DNA from: Moraxellaceae bacterium AER2_44_116
GTDB taxonomy: Bacteria; Pseudomonadota; Gammaproteobacteria; Pseudomonadales; Moraxellaceae
DNA length: 32,000 nt
Direction of reading: 5' to 3'
NCBI GenBank assembly: GCA_006546595.1
Contig: VIAD01000012.1
Location: forward strand, 14,122-46,121
Of the stretch, positions 9,121-18,778 are shown piece by piece. Position 1 is the stretch's first letter, and every line of letters begins with the position of its first letter. Position numbers and translations under genes: made by a program. The notes under the pieces were generated by a model. That model saw nothing but the letters and a program-made list of their open reading frames with translations. It had not been told where the DNA came from and did not search any database.

Positions 9121-9882
9121 ATGGCTGATTTATTTCTACCCGTGAAAATTGGCTTAGGCGAATACATGGGGCGGTTTAAGCAATCGTTTGCGGTTACTCA
9201 TAACGACACGAACGCGGTACAAGAATTTGCAGCACGACCTCTTGAGCAAGCCTGCATTGTCTTTGCACCGTCACGGATGGCTGACGCGATAGAAGAAGTG
9301 CTCAGTGCATGGCGAAAAAATACCAATGAAAACGGCAAAGCACAAAGTACCGCTTTTTTGCCCGTCATGGCCATTGCCGTTGCCCGTGACTATACGCCCG
9401 CATCGCCCAGTCAAGGCATGATGTTGGGTGATGCGATTGATATTAAGATTCCCCATTATCCCGATGAACGCAGCTTAAAGCTTGAATTGATCCGTGGTCA
9501 ATTGCGCGTACAAGTGGTGGTGATTGCCGCCGATGACAGTACCGCTAAAAGCTTAATAGCGCGGTTTTGCCATTTTGTGCGCCGTTATGATAACCGTGGC
9601 TTTGATGCGATTTATTCACTCGCAGGGGTTAATGACGCTTGGTTTAACGCTTGGGATAGTCAAGACCTTTATCCATCGGCTGTCACCATCGCCCAGACCA
9701 ACCTCGCCATTCAAAAGGTGGATTTGATGTTGAACATCGCTATCCCGATGGTTTACGGCGCGGCCAGTGGTCAACCCAATAGCGGTATCGGTACAGGAAC
9801 GCCAAATGATCCATTTGGCTTGAGTGTTTTAACGCAAATCAATGTAGGGCAATTAAATATGTCCGATAAGGAGTTGGTATGA
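9121..9882 (+). CDS. Hypothetical virion protein
   Basis: 253-aa ORF starting 3 nt after the previous stop. Its stop overlaps the next start (ATGA). Confidence 0.5.
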   Translation: MADLFLPVKIGLGEYMGRFKQSFAVTHNDTNAVQEFAARPLEQACIVFAPSRMADAIEEVLSAWRKNTNENGKAQSTAFLPVMAIAVARDYTPASPSQGMMLGDAIDIKIPHYPDERSLKLELIRGQLRVQVVVIAADDSTAKSLIARFCHFVRRYDNRGFDAIYSLAGVNDAWFNAWDSQDLYPSAVTIAQTNLAIQKVDLMLNIAIPMVYGAASGQPNSGIGTGTPNDPFGLSVLTQINVGQLNMSDKELV

Positions 9883-10409
9883 GTGAACCCCTAAGAATCC
9901 GCGCCATTGTGCAGGGTTATCAAGGCGATATGTTGTGTATTTATGCGGCAATGGACGAAGCCAGTGGTTTATTGCTTATCGACCGTGCCGAAAAGTTTGA
10001 TGAAAATATGGAGATTACGCCTGATTTAACGATCTTGACCAATGTGCCATTGTTGCCTAGTTGGACGATGTTTTTTAAGGAAGAGCAGCTTAAACAGGCG
10101 ATTGATGCGTACCACACGTTAACGGGTAATGGCTTATTGGACATTGAATCAAATATGCAGCGTTACAATCCTATGGGCGCGATTCAAGTCAATGGCATGA
10201 AGGAAAGCGGCATCGAGTACCGTTTTACTGAGTTAAACAATGGTCATGTTGGGGTGTTGATCTGTGCCTTGTTTGCCGAAAAGCAGCGCAACATTCGAGC
10301 GAGTTTAGCCGCACAAGTGAATATGCTGAATCCACCGACTCCATTACCTTACGCGCAACAGCGAGAGAGTTTTGTGGTTAAGCCTATGAGTGTCGGCTAC
10401 TTTTTTTAA
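9879..10409 (+). CDS. Hypothetical phage protein
   Basis: 176-aa ORF with AAGGAG upstream and an ATGA overlap with the preceding CDS. Confidence 0.5.
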   Translation: MSEPLRIRAIVQGYQGDMLCIYAAMDEASGLLLIDRAEKFDENMEITPDLTILTNVPLLPSWTMFFKEEQLKQAIDAYHTLTGNGLLDIESNMQRYNPMGAIQVNGMKESGIEYRFTELNNGHVGVLICALFAEKQRNIRASLAAQVNMLNPPTPLPYAQQRESFVVKPMSVGYFF

Positions 10410-10420
10410 GGTGAATCATT

Positions 10421-10900
10421 GTGCTGAATAATGTGCCGTTAGCCATTAGACGTTCGGTTCGGGCGGTGACGTTGAATCACCCAAACCGTATGACGTGTAC
10501 CGTTTATCGAAAGGTTGTGACCCGTGTCGCACCAACCATGATAGGGGGATTGCCTACGCTAGGCGGTTTAGGCGTACTAGAAGATGATGATGAAGCAGAT
10601 TTTGAATATCAGTCATTAGGGGATGGTGCGGTGGTGATGACAGGGACGTATCAGGGCGGCTTTAGAAGTGATGATAATTCACTTTTAGATAATCCCAATA
10701 TCTCACAACAAGAAGCGTTGCTTGAACCTTTAACGGATGATGGCTTTACGCCTAAAAAGCATGATTTAGTGAGTATCGTGATCGGTGATGCGGTGTTGCC
10801 TTATGAAATTACCGATATTACAGGGACGGTCAACATTCCACCATTTACGCAAAAGTATGTGCTGCAATTGAGGGATGAACTGGTTTATGTGGCGAGTTAG
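10421..10900 (+). CDS. Hypothetical phage protein (GTG start)
   Basis: 159-aa ORF. The GTG at 10421 is preceded by AAGGTG about 6 nt upstream. It is the last phage-type gene before the cas operon. Confidence 0.5.
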   Translation: MLNNVPLAIRRSVRAVTLNHPNRMTCTVYRKVVTRVAPTMIGGLPTLGGLGVLEDDDEADFEYQSLGDGAVVMTGTYQGGFRSDDNSLLDNPNISQQEALLEPLTDDGFTPKKHDLVSIVIGDAVLPYEITDITGTVNIPPFTQKYVLQLRDELVYVAS

Positions 10901-10906
10901 ATTTAC

Positions 10907-10935
10907 TTGAATGTATTAAATTAAGTTGTTATAAG
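10907..10935 (+). promoter_or_regulatory. Candidate sigma70-type promoter for the cas operon
   Basis: TTGAAT (10907-10912), a 17-nt spacer, then TATAAG (10930-10935), in the AT-rich 105-nt gap upstream of cas3. Pattern match only. Confidence 0.3.
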
Positions 10936-10962
10936 TTAGCAGGATTCATGTAATAAATTAAT

Positions 10963-10978
10963 TTAACTTGCCAAAAAG
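10963..10978 (+). repeat. Degenerate copy of the boundary motif (TTAACTTGCCAAAAAG)
   Basis: It shares TAAC and TGCCAAAA with GTAACCCTGCCAAAA, but the linker is 1 nt rather than 2 nt. It lies between the last phage gene and cas3. Confidence 0.3.
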
Positions 10979-11005
10979 AAGACTAAAAATCAGGGATGGA
11001 TTTTA

Positions 11006-13447
11006 ATGGACAACTATGTCGCACATGTTCGTAAGATTGATGGACAAAAGCAAACAGTTCAACAGCATCTATTAAGTGTCAGTGACATTACAGGTCAGTT
11101 GGCAAATAAAATTGGACTAAAAGAAGCGGGTGAGCTTATTGGCTTGCTTCATGATTTTGGCAAGTATAGCCAGTCTTTCCAAAACTACATCCAGTCGGCT
11201 ACAGGGATTCTAAACTCTGATTTAGATGATGATTTTGTAGATATAAATGCACTAAAAGGAAAAATTGACCACTCATCGGCAGGTGCACAATGGATATGGC
11301 AACAATTCAGCCAAAGGCTTAATGGTGTAGGTGCACTATGTGCACAGATTATGGCTTTATGTATAGCATCACATCACAGTGGATTAATTGACTGTTTAAA
11401 GCCAGAAGGCGTGGATAGCTTTAGTGATCGAATGAAAAAATCTGATGAAAATACACATTTATCAGAGTGTAAGTTAAATGCGGACTCTCTCATTCTAACT
11501 AAAGCAACAGCACTCGCAGATCCTCATCTTCTAAAAAATATGTTCATGCAGTTACAGGCTGTTTTACGGCCTGAGCAACATAATCAAAAAATTTCAGAAA
11601 AAATTAAATATTTCTATTTAGGCTTTTGGACAAGACTTCTCTTCAGTTGTTTGATCGATGCAGACAGAATAGATAGTGCTGATTTTGAACGACCTCAAAA
11701 TAAAAAGCATCGACGAAATACTCCTGTTAATTGGTCATTGGCAGTTGATAGAGTTGAGTCTTTTATTGATGCACTCAAAGTACGTCACAAGGTTGATGAA
11801 ATTCGCCGTGATATTTCTGAACGCTGTAAAGCCAAAGCAAGTGGTACGCAAGGTATTTATACTTTAACAGTGCCTACGGGGGGTGGAAAAACCTACGCTA
11901 GTTTACGTTTTGCATTACATCATGCGCAAGCGCATGGACTGGACAGAGTTATTTATATTGTGCCATACACCACGATTATTGAGCAGAATGCAAAAGCAAT
12001 TCGTGCAGTCGTTGAACGTGAAGGTGATGATTTTCCGTGGGTATTAGAACATCATTCAAATTTAGAACCAGAGCAGCAAACATGGCGTAGTAAGCTAGTT
12101 GCTGAGAATTGGGATTCACCTATTGTTTTGACAACAATGGTGCAGTTTTTAGAAACTCTATTTAGTGGTGGTACACGCGGTGTAAGGCGAATGCATCAAC
12201 TCACAAATAGCGTAATTGTCTTTGATGAAATTCAAACGCTACCCATTAATTGCACGCATTTATTTTGTAATGCACTTAATTTCTTAGCAACTCATACTAA
12301 AACAACAGCGGTGCTATGTACGGCAACACAACCTTTGTTGCATCGGTTAAAAAATACTGAAAAAGGGCAGTTGTTTATTCCTGTTGAAAACGAGTTGGTT
12401 CATGATGTGGATCGGCTTTTTCAACAACTTGAGCGGGTTAAGATTAAAAATAAAGTTCGTGTGAATGGTTGGAGTGAGCAAGAAATCGCCAAGCTTGCTC
12501 TTGATGAGTTGAACGAAAAAGGAAGTTGTCTTGTTATCGTCAATACTAAAGCATGGGCGCAGAAGTTATATGAAGCCTGTACAAAAAAAGTAGAAAAAGG
12601 ATCGATCTTTCATTTGAGTACCAGTCAATGCCCTGCACATCGTCAGATTATTCTAGCGCAAGTACGCTCTCGGTTAGATCATAACTTGCCTGTGTTATGT
12701 ATAAGTACCCAACTGATTGAGGCGGGTGTTGATGTTGATTTTGCAAGTGTTATTCGATTTTTGGCAGGCTTGGACTCTGTGGCGCAAGCAGCAGGTCGTT
12801 GCAATCGAAATGGTGAGCGAGATATATCTGAAGTCCATTTACTTAATCCAGATCAAGAGCCAATAGACACATTAGTTGATATTAAAGTTGGTCAGGAAAA
12901 AATACGGCGTATTTTAGATGAGTCCGCAGATAAAGATTTGTTAACCCCAGCGGTTATGGAAAAGTATTTTGATTATTATTTTTATAGCCGATCCGCCGAA
13001 ATGGATTATCAATTAACTGAAAAGCAGGCTACTCGAACTGATAGTTTGTTGAATTTACTGAGTGATAATCCTAAAAATATCATATCACGCCAATCTGCAA
13101 TACCTATGTTACGACAGTCATTTATGACAGCGGGCAAAGCATTTAAGGCAATTGATGCACCTACTGAATCTGTGATTGTGCCTTATGGTGAAGGAAGGCA
13201 ACTAATTATTGATCTAGGAGATCAAGAGAATGAGTTTGATGTTGCTCGTTATTATACATTACTGAAAAAAGCACAAAAATTTAGCGTTAATGTCTTTCCT
13301 AATGTTTGGCGAAAGCTGCTTGACGCACATGCTGTATGCGAAATAAAAGCGGGTGAAGGCATTTATTGTTTGGATAAGCGTTACTACAGTGAAGCTTTTG
13401 GATTATCAACTGAGGTTGTTAGTCAGGCTGATTTTTTATCATTTTAG
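11006..13447 (+). CDS. cas3: Cas3 nuclease-helicase (HD domain plus SF2 helicase), type I
   Basis: 813 aa. HD motifs are present (LLHDFGKYS, ASHHSGL, LIDADRIDS). Helicase motifs are present: motif I (VPTGGGKTY), motif II (VFDEIQ) and motif VI (AAGRCNRNG). Confidence 0.95.
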   Translation: MDNYVAHVRKIDGQKQTVQQHLLSVSDITGQLANKIGLKEAGELIGLLHDFGKYSQSFQNYIQSATGILNSDLDDDFVDINALKGKIDHSSAGAQWIWQQFSQRLNGVGALCAQIMALCIASHHSGLIDCLKPEGVDSFSDRMKKSDENTHLSECKLNADSLILTKATALADPHLLKNMFMQLQAVLRPEQHNQKISEKIKYFYLGFWTRLLFSCLIDADRIDSADFERPQNKKHRRNTPVNWSLAVDRVESFIDALKVRHKVDEIRRDISERCKAKASGTQGIYTLTVPTGGGKTYASLRFALHHAQAHGLDRVIYIVPYTTIIEQNAKAIRAVVEREGDDFPWVLEHHSNLEPEQQTWRSKLVAENWDSPIVLTTMVQFLETLFSGGTRGVRRMHQLTNSVIVFDEIQTLPINCTHLFCNALNFLATHTKTTAVLCTATQPLLHRLKNTEKGQLFIPVENELVHDVDRLFQQLERVKIKNKVRVNGWSEQEIAKLALDELNEKGSCLVIVNTKAWAQKLYEACTKKVEKGSIFHLSTSQCPAHRQIILAQVRSRLDHNLPVLCISTQLIEAGVDVDFASVIRFLAGLDSVAQAAGRCNRNGERDISEVHLLNPDQEPIDTLVDIKVGQEKIRRILDESADKDLLTPAVMEKYFDYYFYSRSAEMDYQLTEKQATRTDSLLNLLSDNPKNIISRQSAIPMLRQSFMTAGKAFKAIDAPTESVIVPYGEGRQLIIDLGDQENEFDVARYYTLLKKAQKFSVNVFPNVWRKLLDAHAVCEIKAGEGIYCLDKRYYSEAFGLSTEVVSQADFLSF

Positions 13448-13456
13448 AAAGGAGTC

Positions 13457-14176
13457 ATGATGGAAGTTCCTAAAAATAGTATTAGTTTCCGATTGTGGGG
13501 GCGTTATGCGTTATTTACTGACCCTATTACTAAAATCGGTGGTGAGAAATGCTCCTATCATATTCCTACTTATGAGGCGATTAAGGGTGTTTTGAAGTCG
13601 ATTTATTGGAAGCCTACTATTACATGGTATGTCGATAAAGTTAGGGTGATGAAACCGTTAAGAACGCAAACTAAAGGTGTAAAACCCTTAGTTTGGAGTG
13701 CTGGTGGCAATAGCCTTGCTATCTATACGTTTTTGCACGATGTTGAATATCAAGTACAAGCGCATTTTGAATGGAATGAGCACCGTCCTGAATTGGCTCG
13801 GGACAGAGTTGATGGTAAGCATTTTAGTATTGCTAAACGAATGTTAGAAAAAGGTGGACGGCAGGATGTTTTTTTGGGGACACGAGATTGTCAGGGTTAT
13901 GTAGAGCCTTGTGAGTTTGGTGAGGGAGAGAGTCCTTACGCTAATATTGACGAATTGGGTTTTGGGTTGATGTTTCATGGCTTTGATTATCCTGATGAAA
14001 CAGGAGTGGATGAATTGCGTAGCCGTTTTTGGCGAGCAAACATGAGGCATGGCATTATTGAATACCCTAGACCTGAAAATTGTGAGATTAATCGTTTTGT
14101 TCGAGTGATGACTGCCAAAGAGTTTGCGCTAGGAGAAAGCGTATTAGCAGTAGAGCAAGAAGAGGTGCAATCATGA
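13457..14176 (+). CDS. cas5: Cas5c (Cas5d) pre-crRNA endoribonuclease, type I-C
   Basis: 239 aa. The N-terminus FRLWGRYALFTDPITKIGGEKCSYHIPTYEAIKGVLKSIYWKP is characteristic of subtype I-C Cas5. AAAGGAG lies upstream. Confidence 0.93.
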   Translation: MMEVPKNSISFRLWGRYALFTDPITKIGGEKCSYHIPTYEAIKGVLKSIYWKPTITWYVDKVRVMKPLRTQTKGVKPLVWSAGGNSLAIYTFLHDVEYQVQAHFEWNEHRPELARDRVDGKHFSIAKRMLEKGGRQDVFLGTRDCQGYVEPCEFGEGESPYANIDELGFGLMFHGFDYPDETGVDELRSRFWRANMRHGIIEYPRPENCEINRFVRVMTAKEFALGESVLAVEQEEVQS

Positions 14177-16185
14177 GTTGGATGGCAAAGCTCTACGAGA
14201 CATATGAAGCAGGTTTGTTACTGACAGACCTGCCTGATGATAAGCGTCTTATGCCCACTAGCCACACATTGCAAAATGCACATATCAATATTGCTATTGA
14301 TGGTGAAGGAAATTTTAAACGAGCATCTGTACTAGAAAAAACGCAAATTGTATTACCTGCTACTGAACGTTCAGCAAGTCGTAGTAGTGGTGAGGCTCCA
14401 CACCCATTAGCGGATAAATTGCAATATGTTGCTCAAGATTATGCTGCTTATGGTGGACTGAAAAAGCCTTATTTTGATGGATATAAAAAGCTTCTTTCTT
14501 CATGGTGTCTTTCTGAATTTTCTCATCCCAAAGCAACAGCAGTTTTACGTTATATTGAAAAAGGGACTGTGATTAAAGATCTTATTGATCAGAAAGTTGT
14601 TTTTATTGGTGATGATGGACTGTTATTAACATCATGGGTAAATGCTACAGATGATTCCAATCCGACACCAACACTTTTTAAGGTGCTACCTAAAGAAAAA
14701 GGTTTATTAGATCAAGGCTCTGCGTTGGTGTGTTGGACGGTTGAAATAGACTCTAATCCTAATGCCGACACATGGAAGGATAGAACGCTACAGGATAGTT
14801 GGATTGCTTTTGATAACTCTGAAGATAGTGAAGCGGGTTTATGTTTTGTCACAGGTAAAGTTCAATCATTATCTATTAATCATCCTGCAAAAATTCGCCA
14901 CTCAGGAGATAAAGCAAAGCTAATTTCTTCAAACGATACCAGTGGATACACGTATCGGGGGCGGTTTTTGGATAATAAGGAGGCGTGTGGCGTAGGGTTT
15001 GATGTATCGCAAAAGGCTCATAATGCCTTGCGTTGGTTGGTTTCACGGCAAGGTTATCGTAATGGTGATCAGGCATTTGTCTCTTGGGCTGTTTCTGGTA
15101 AAGACATTCCCGAACCATTACAAGACGCTTTTCATTTGTTTTCAAATTTTAATTTTGATGATTTAGATGATAGTGAACCGCATAGATTAAATGAAGATAC
15201 TGTTATAGATCGTAGCCGTGATATAGGCGAGTCATTTGCCCATCAACTTAATAAATACATGGCAGGCTATCGAGCAAAATTAGATCCAAATGAGCAAATT
15301 GTAATTATCGGCCTTGATGCAGCAACGCCAGGGCGAATGGGTATTATTTATTACCGTGAGTTATTAGGCAGTGAGTTTTTACAAAGGCTTGAACATTGGC
15401 ATAAAAGCTTTGCATGGCCACAAAGACATACCATAGACGTGCCTAGCTTATCAGGTAAAAAACCAACGAAAAAAGTTGTTTGGCCTGTCAGTTCCCCTGC
15501 ACCTAAAGATATTGCTTCTGCGGCATATGGGCAGCGGCTATCAGATGAATTGAAGAAAAGCGTGGTTGAGCGTCTTATGCCGTGCATTATTGATGGAAAT
15601 CCATTTCCAATCGATTTAATGGATTCATGTGTACGAATGGCCACTAATCGCAATGGTTATAAAAGTGACGAACAATGGCTTTGGGAAAAGAACCTTGGTA
15701 TTGCCTGCGCGGTATATCGTGGTTATTTCCAACGCCATCCAATTAAAACTCAAAGGAGAGACTACACAATGGCACTGGATGAAAATAATCACTCGCGTGA
15801 TTATCTCTATGGCCGATTATTAGCCGTAGCAGATCGTATTGAGGAGGTTGCATTAAGTGTTGGTGGAGAGAGTCGATCAACAACCGCAGCCCGTTTAATG
15901 CAACGTTTTGCGGATAGACCTTTTTCTACATGGCGTAATATAGAGTTGGCCTTGCAACCGTATATGCAGCGTTTGCAAAACTCCCGCGCTGGTTTTTTAG
16001 TGAACCAAAAGAAAGAGTTGGATGCAATCAATGCCAATTTTAAAACTGAAGACTTTGTGAGTGAAAAAAAGCTATCAGGTGAGTTTTTACTTGGCTTTCA
16101 TTGCCAACGTCAAAAACTAAGAGAAAAAACTGAGTCAACTAACGAAACCATTAACGAAGTAAGCAGTGCAGGGAGTGAAGAATGA
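14173..16185 (+). CDS. cas8c: Cas8c (Csd1) large subunit, type I-C
   Basis: 670 aa. It sits between cas5c and cas7c with ATGA overlaps at both ends. Its size and position are diagnostic of the I-C operon order. Confidence 0.9.
   Translation: MSWMAKLYETYEAGLLLTDLPDDKRLMPTSHTLQNAHINIAIDGEGNFKRASVLEKTQIVLPATERSASRSSGEAPHPLADKLQYVAQDYAAYGGLKKPYFDGYKKLLSSWCLSEFSHPKATAVLRYIEKGTVIKDLIDQKVVFIGDDGLLLTSWVNATDDSNPTPTLFKVLPKEKGLLDQGSALVCWTVEIDSNPNADTWKDRTLQDSWIAFDNSEDSEAGLCFVTGKVQSLSINHPAKIRHSGDKAKLISSNDTSGYTYRGRFLDNKEACGVGFDVSQKAHNALRWLVSRQGYRNGDQAFVSWAVSGKDIPEPLQDAFHLFSNFNFDDLDDSEPHRLNEDTVIDRSRDIGESFAHQLNKYMAGYRAKLDPNEQIVIIGLDAATPGRMGIIYYRELLGSEFLQRLEHWHKSFAWPQRHTIDVPSLSGKKPTKKVVWPVSSPAPKDIASAAYGQRLSDELKKSVVERLMPCIIDGNPFPIDLMDSCVRMATNRNGYKSDEQWLWEKNLGIACAVYRGYFQRHPIKTQRRDYTMALDENNHSRDYLYGRLLAVADRIEEVALSVGGESRSTTAARLMQRFADRPFSTWRNIELALQPYMQRLQNSRAGFLVNQKKELDAINANFKTEDFVSEKKLSGEFLLGFHCQRQKLREKTESTNETINEVSSAGSEE
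15769..16185 (+). CDS. cas11: Candidate internally translated Cas11c small subunit (in frame within cas8c)
   Basis: In-frame ATG (Met533 of Cas8c) preceded by AAGGAG (15753-15758) with a 10-nt spacer. It would give a 138-aa helical C-terminal product, MALDENNHSRDYLYGRLLAVADRIEE.... Confidence 0.5.
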   Translation: MALDENNHSRDYLYGRLLAVADRIEEVALSVGGESRSTTAARLMQRFADRPFSTWRNIELALQPYMQRLQNSRAGFLVNQKKELDAINANFKTEDFVSEKKLSGEFLLGFHCQRQKLREKTESTNETINEVSSAGSEE

Positions 16186-17021
16186 GTAGTCTTGACCATA
16201 AAATTGATTTTGCGGTTATTTTTTCAGTAAAGAACGCCAATCCAAATGGTGACCCATTAAATGGTAATCGTCCTCGTACCGATTATGACGGACTTGGTGA
16301 AATAACGGATGTTTGCTTGAAGCGCAAAATTCGTGATCGTTTGCAAAGTGATGGATATTCAATATTTGTCCAATCTGATGAAAAGAAAACGGATGGCATG
16401 ACTAGCTTAAAAAATCGTGCGGATTCTGATGTTTATGGACTGGGAAAAGACGCGTTTAAAAAGAACAGTAAAGATGAAACAGCAAAGCTTGCCTGTGCAA
16501 AATGGCTAGATGTTCGTGCGTTTGGACAGGTATTTGCGTTTGCAAAAGAATCTGATGCAGCAGGTGTATCTATAGCTATTAGAGGCCCTGTGACAATTCA
16601 ATCTGCATTTAGTCGTGAGCCAATTAGTGTTACCAGTACACAAATAACCAAAAGCGTGAGTGGTGAGGGTGATGGCTCTAAAAAAGGATCGGACACGATG
16701 GGTATGAAACATCGTGTTGATAAAGCTGTTTATGTGACATATGGTGCAATAACACCACAATTGGCAGAGCGTACAGGCTTTAGTAATCAAGATGCTGAAA
16801 GCATTAAGTCGGTATTGCAGAAGTTATTTGAAGGCGATGCATCATCGGCGCGTCCAGAAGGTAGCATGGCTGTATTAAAAGTTATTTGGTGGAAACATAA
16901 CAGCAAATCAGGACAATACTCCTCCGCTAAAGTGCATAACTCTTTGACAGTAAATCCTGATGGTAGTTTTAATTTAGATGATTTAGATGGATTGACTCCA
17001 GAAGTTATCGACGGCTTTTAA
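16182..17021 (+). CDS. cas7: Cas7c (Csd2) backbone subunit, type I-C
   Basis: 279 aa. The N-terminus DFAVIFSVKNANPNGDPLNGNRPRTDYDGLGEITDVCLKRKIRD is a classic Csd2/Cas7 signature. Confidence 0.93.
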   Translation: MSSLDHKIDFAVIFSVKNANPNGDPLNGNRPRTDYDGLGEITDVCLKRKIRDRLQSDGYSIFVQSDEKKTDGMTSLKNRADSDVYGLGKDAFKKNSKDETAKLACAKWLDVRAFGQVFAFAKESDAAGVSIAIRGPVTIQSAFSREPISVTSTQITKSVSGEGDGSKKGSDTMGMKHRVDKAVYVTYGAITPQLAERTGFSNQDAESIKSVLQKLFEGDASSARPEGSMAVLKVIWWKHNSKSGQYSSAKVHNSLTVNPDGSFNLDDLDGLTPEVIDGF

Positions 17022-17030
17022 TGGGATAGT

Positions 17031-17051
17031 GCCACCTTCGGGTGGCTTTTT
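17031..17051 (+). terminator. GC hairpin with a TTCG tetraloop plus T5 between cas7 and cas4
   Basis: GCCACC (17031-17036), TTCG loop, GGTGGC (17041-17046), then TTTTT (17047-17051). It fills most of the 36-nt cas7-cas4 gap. Confidence 0.55.
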
Positions 17052-17057
17052 CTAAGG

Positions 17058-17717
17058 ATGGAAAAAGTGATGCAACATGATGAAATAATATACCTTTCCC
17101 GCCTTCAGCATTTTTTGTTTTGTCCGCGTCAATTTGCCCTTATTGAATTAGAAGGTCTGTGGGAAGAAAATCTCTACACGGCTGAAGGACAGCTATTACA
17201 CCAAAAAGCAGACCAACTCCAACAGCACACACGCAAAAATATTACAACAATAAATGCCATGCCATTGTCATCCTCTGAGCTAGGTATTCAAGGTGTGGCA
17301 GATGTCGTTGAGTTCTATAACTCTCAGGACGATGGTAGTCATCGACCTTTCCCCATTGAATATAAACGTGGTAAGCCAAAAGAGCATCGCGCAGACGAAG
17401 TACAACTTTGTGCCCAAGCTTTATGCTTGGAAAGTATGTTAAACACGGTTGTCCCAGAAGGAGCCTTGTTTTATGGCCAAACAAAACGGCGATTGGTTGT
17501 AACGTTTGATGCAGAGTTGAAGAAACTAACTTTGGATGTTATTGCGAAATGTCGAGAGTTATTAGTCACAGCTAAAACGCCTGCACCAATTTACGAAGAA
17601 AGAAAGTGTAATCGTTGTTCATTGATAGACTTATGCCATCCAAAAACGTTGTGCCGTCAACGCTCCGCAAAACATTGGTTTATAAAACAATTAGAAAAAG
17701 AACAAGGAGGAACTTGA
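17058..17717 (+). CDS. cas4: Cas4 RecB-like exonuclease with an Fe-S cysteine cluster
   Basis: 219 aa. There is an N-terminal Cys (FCPRQFAL), a PD-(D/E)xK-like core (GVADVVEF...EYKRGKP) and a C-terminal CNRCSLIDLC cluster. ATG 17070 is an alternative start. Confidence 0.9.
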   Translation: MEKVMQHDEIIYLSRLQHFLFCPRQFALIELEGLWEENLYTAEGQLLHQKADQLQQHTRKNITTINAMPLSSSELGIQGVADVVEFYNSQDDGSHRPFPIEYKRGKPKEHRADEVQLCAQALCLESMLNTVVPEGALFYGQTKRRLVVTFDAELKKLTLDVIAKCRELLVTAKTPAPIYEERKCNRCSLIDLCHPKTLCRQRSAKHWFIKQLEKEQGGT

Positions 17718-18757
17718 TGCGTCAGTTACGCAATACATTATATGTCAGTACAGAAGGAGCTTGGCTACATAAGGATGGTGAAAATTTGGTTATGGATGTT
17801 GACGGACAGAAAAGAGGTCGCGTTCCTATTCACATGCTGCAAGCATTAGTCTGTTTTGGACGAGTGATGTTGTCACCTCAATTGATGGGTTTCTGTGCAG
17901 AAAAAGGTATTACGGTGACTTTCCTCAATACCTACGGAAAATTTTTGGCGCGAATGGAAGGACCCATTAGCGGTAGTGTGTTATTACGGCGGCGACAACA
18001 CTTAGCATGTGAAAATCCGATCATGGCTTTAGAGATCGTGCGTAATATCGTATGCGCCAAAGTGCATAATCAGCGTGCGGTGGTCAGGCGAGTAATACGT
18101 GACCATGCTGAAAAAATGGACGATAAAGCCAATGGCGAGCTAGAAGATGCACAAAAAAGACTAAAGCGTGTGATTGAATGTGTTCGTTTAGAAACGAATA
18201 TTGAAAGTATTCGAGGTTTTGAAGGTGATGCAGGGCATGTGTATTTTAAGGTGTTTAATCATTTTATTCGTGCTCAAAAAGAAGACTTTATCTTCGATGG
18301 GAGAGAAAGGCGGCCTCCCCGTGATCCTGTCAATGCGCTATTGTCATTTATCTATACATTACTGACTCATGATTGTCGTTCGGCCTTGGAGACAACTGGG
18401 TTGGATTCGGCTAGTGGTTTTTTACATTTTTTGCGGGTTGGTCGTCCTAGTTTGGCTTTAGATTTAATGGAAGAGTTTCGGCCTTTTTTGGCTGATCGAC
18501 TGGTATTGTCGCTTATTAATCGAAAACAGATACAAGCGAGCGACTTTAGTTGTTTGCCCAACGGTGCTGTTGTTATGAAAGATGACGCACGAAAAACTGT
18601 ACTTATGGAGTGGCAGCAACGTAAAGCCGACACACTAACTCATCCGTGGTTTGAAGAAAGTGTGCCTGTAGGTCTTTTTCCGTGGTTGCAAGCACAATTA
18701 TTAGCCCGACATTTACATGGCGAGATAGATGCTTATGTGCCATTTTTATGGAAATAG
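17717..18757 (+). CDS. cas1: Cas1 integrase
   Basis: A start at ATG 17717 (MRQLRNTLYVSTEGAWLHKDGENLV...) overlaps the cas4 TGA by 1 nt and follows AAGGAGG. The track start at 17615 lies inside cas4 and is rejected. The product is 346 aa. Confidence 0.93.
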   Translation: MRQLRNTLYVSTEGAWLHKDGENLVMDVDGQKRGRVPIHMLQALVCFGRVMLSPQLMGFCAEKGITVTFLNTYGKFLARMEGPISGSVLLRRRQHLACENPIMALEIVRNIVCAKVHNQRAVVRRVIRDHAEKMDDKANGELEDAQKRLKRVIECVRLETNIESIRGFEGDAGHVYFKVFNHFIRAQKEDFIFDGRERRPPRDPVNALLSFIYTLLTHDCRSALETTGLDSASGFLHFLRVGRPSLALDLMEEFRPFLADRLVLSLINRKQIQASDFSCLPNGAVVMKDDARKTVLMEWQQRKADTLTHPWFEESVPVGLFPWLQAQLLARHLHGEIDAYVPFLWK

Positions 18758-18778
18758 GTTAATTCATGGAGAGGCGAC

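Noticed and set aside
618-10144. Minus-strand and alternative-frame ORFs within the phage block (618-845, 868-1104, 1356-1565, 2453-2665, 3224-3439, 3736-4320, 4275-4698, 5023-5223, 5484-5729, 5505-5711, 6602-6802, 7072-7263, 7405-7671, 7689-7904, 9271-9456, 9941-10144)
   Set aside because: All are embedded in longer + strand CDSs that have recognisable motifs and coupled starts and stops. They lack SD sequences and have odd composition, so they are shadow ORFs.
17615-17716. N-terminal 34-codon extension of cas1 given by the ORF track (start 17615)
   Set aside because: The extension lies wholly within cas4 in another frame. ATG 17717 has an AAGGAGG SD, overlaps the cas4 stop in a TGATG coupling arrangement, and yields the canonical Cas1 N-terminus MRQLRNTLYV.
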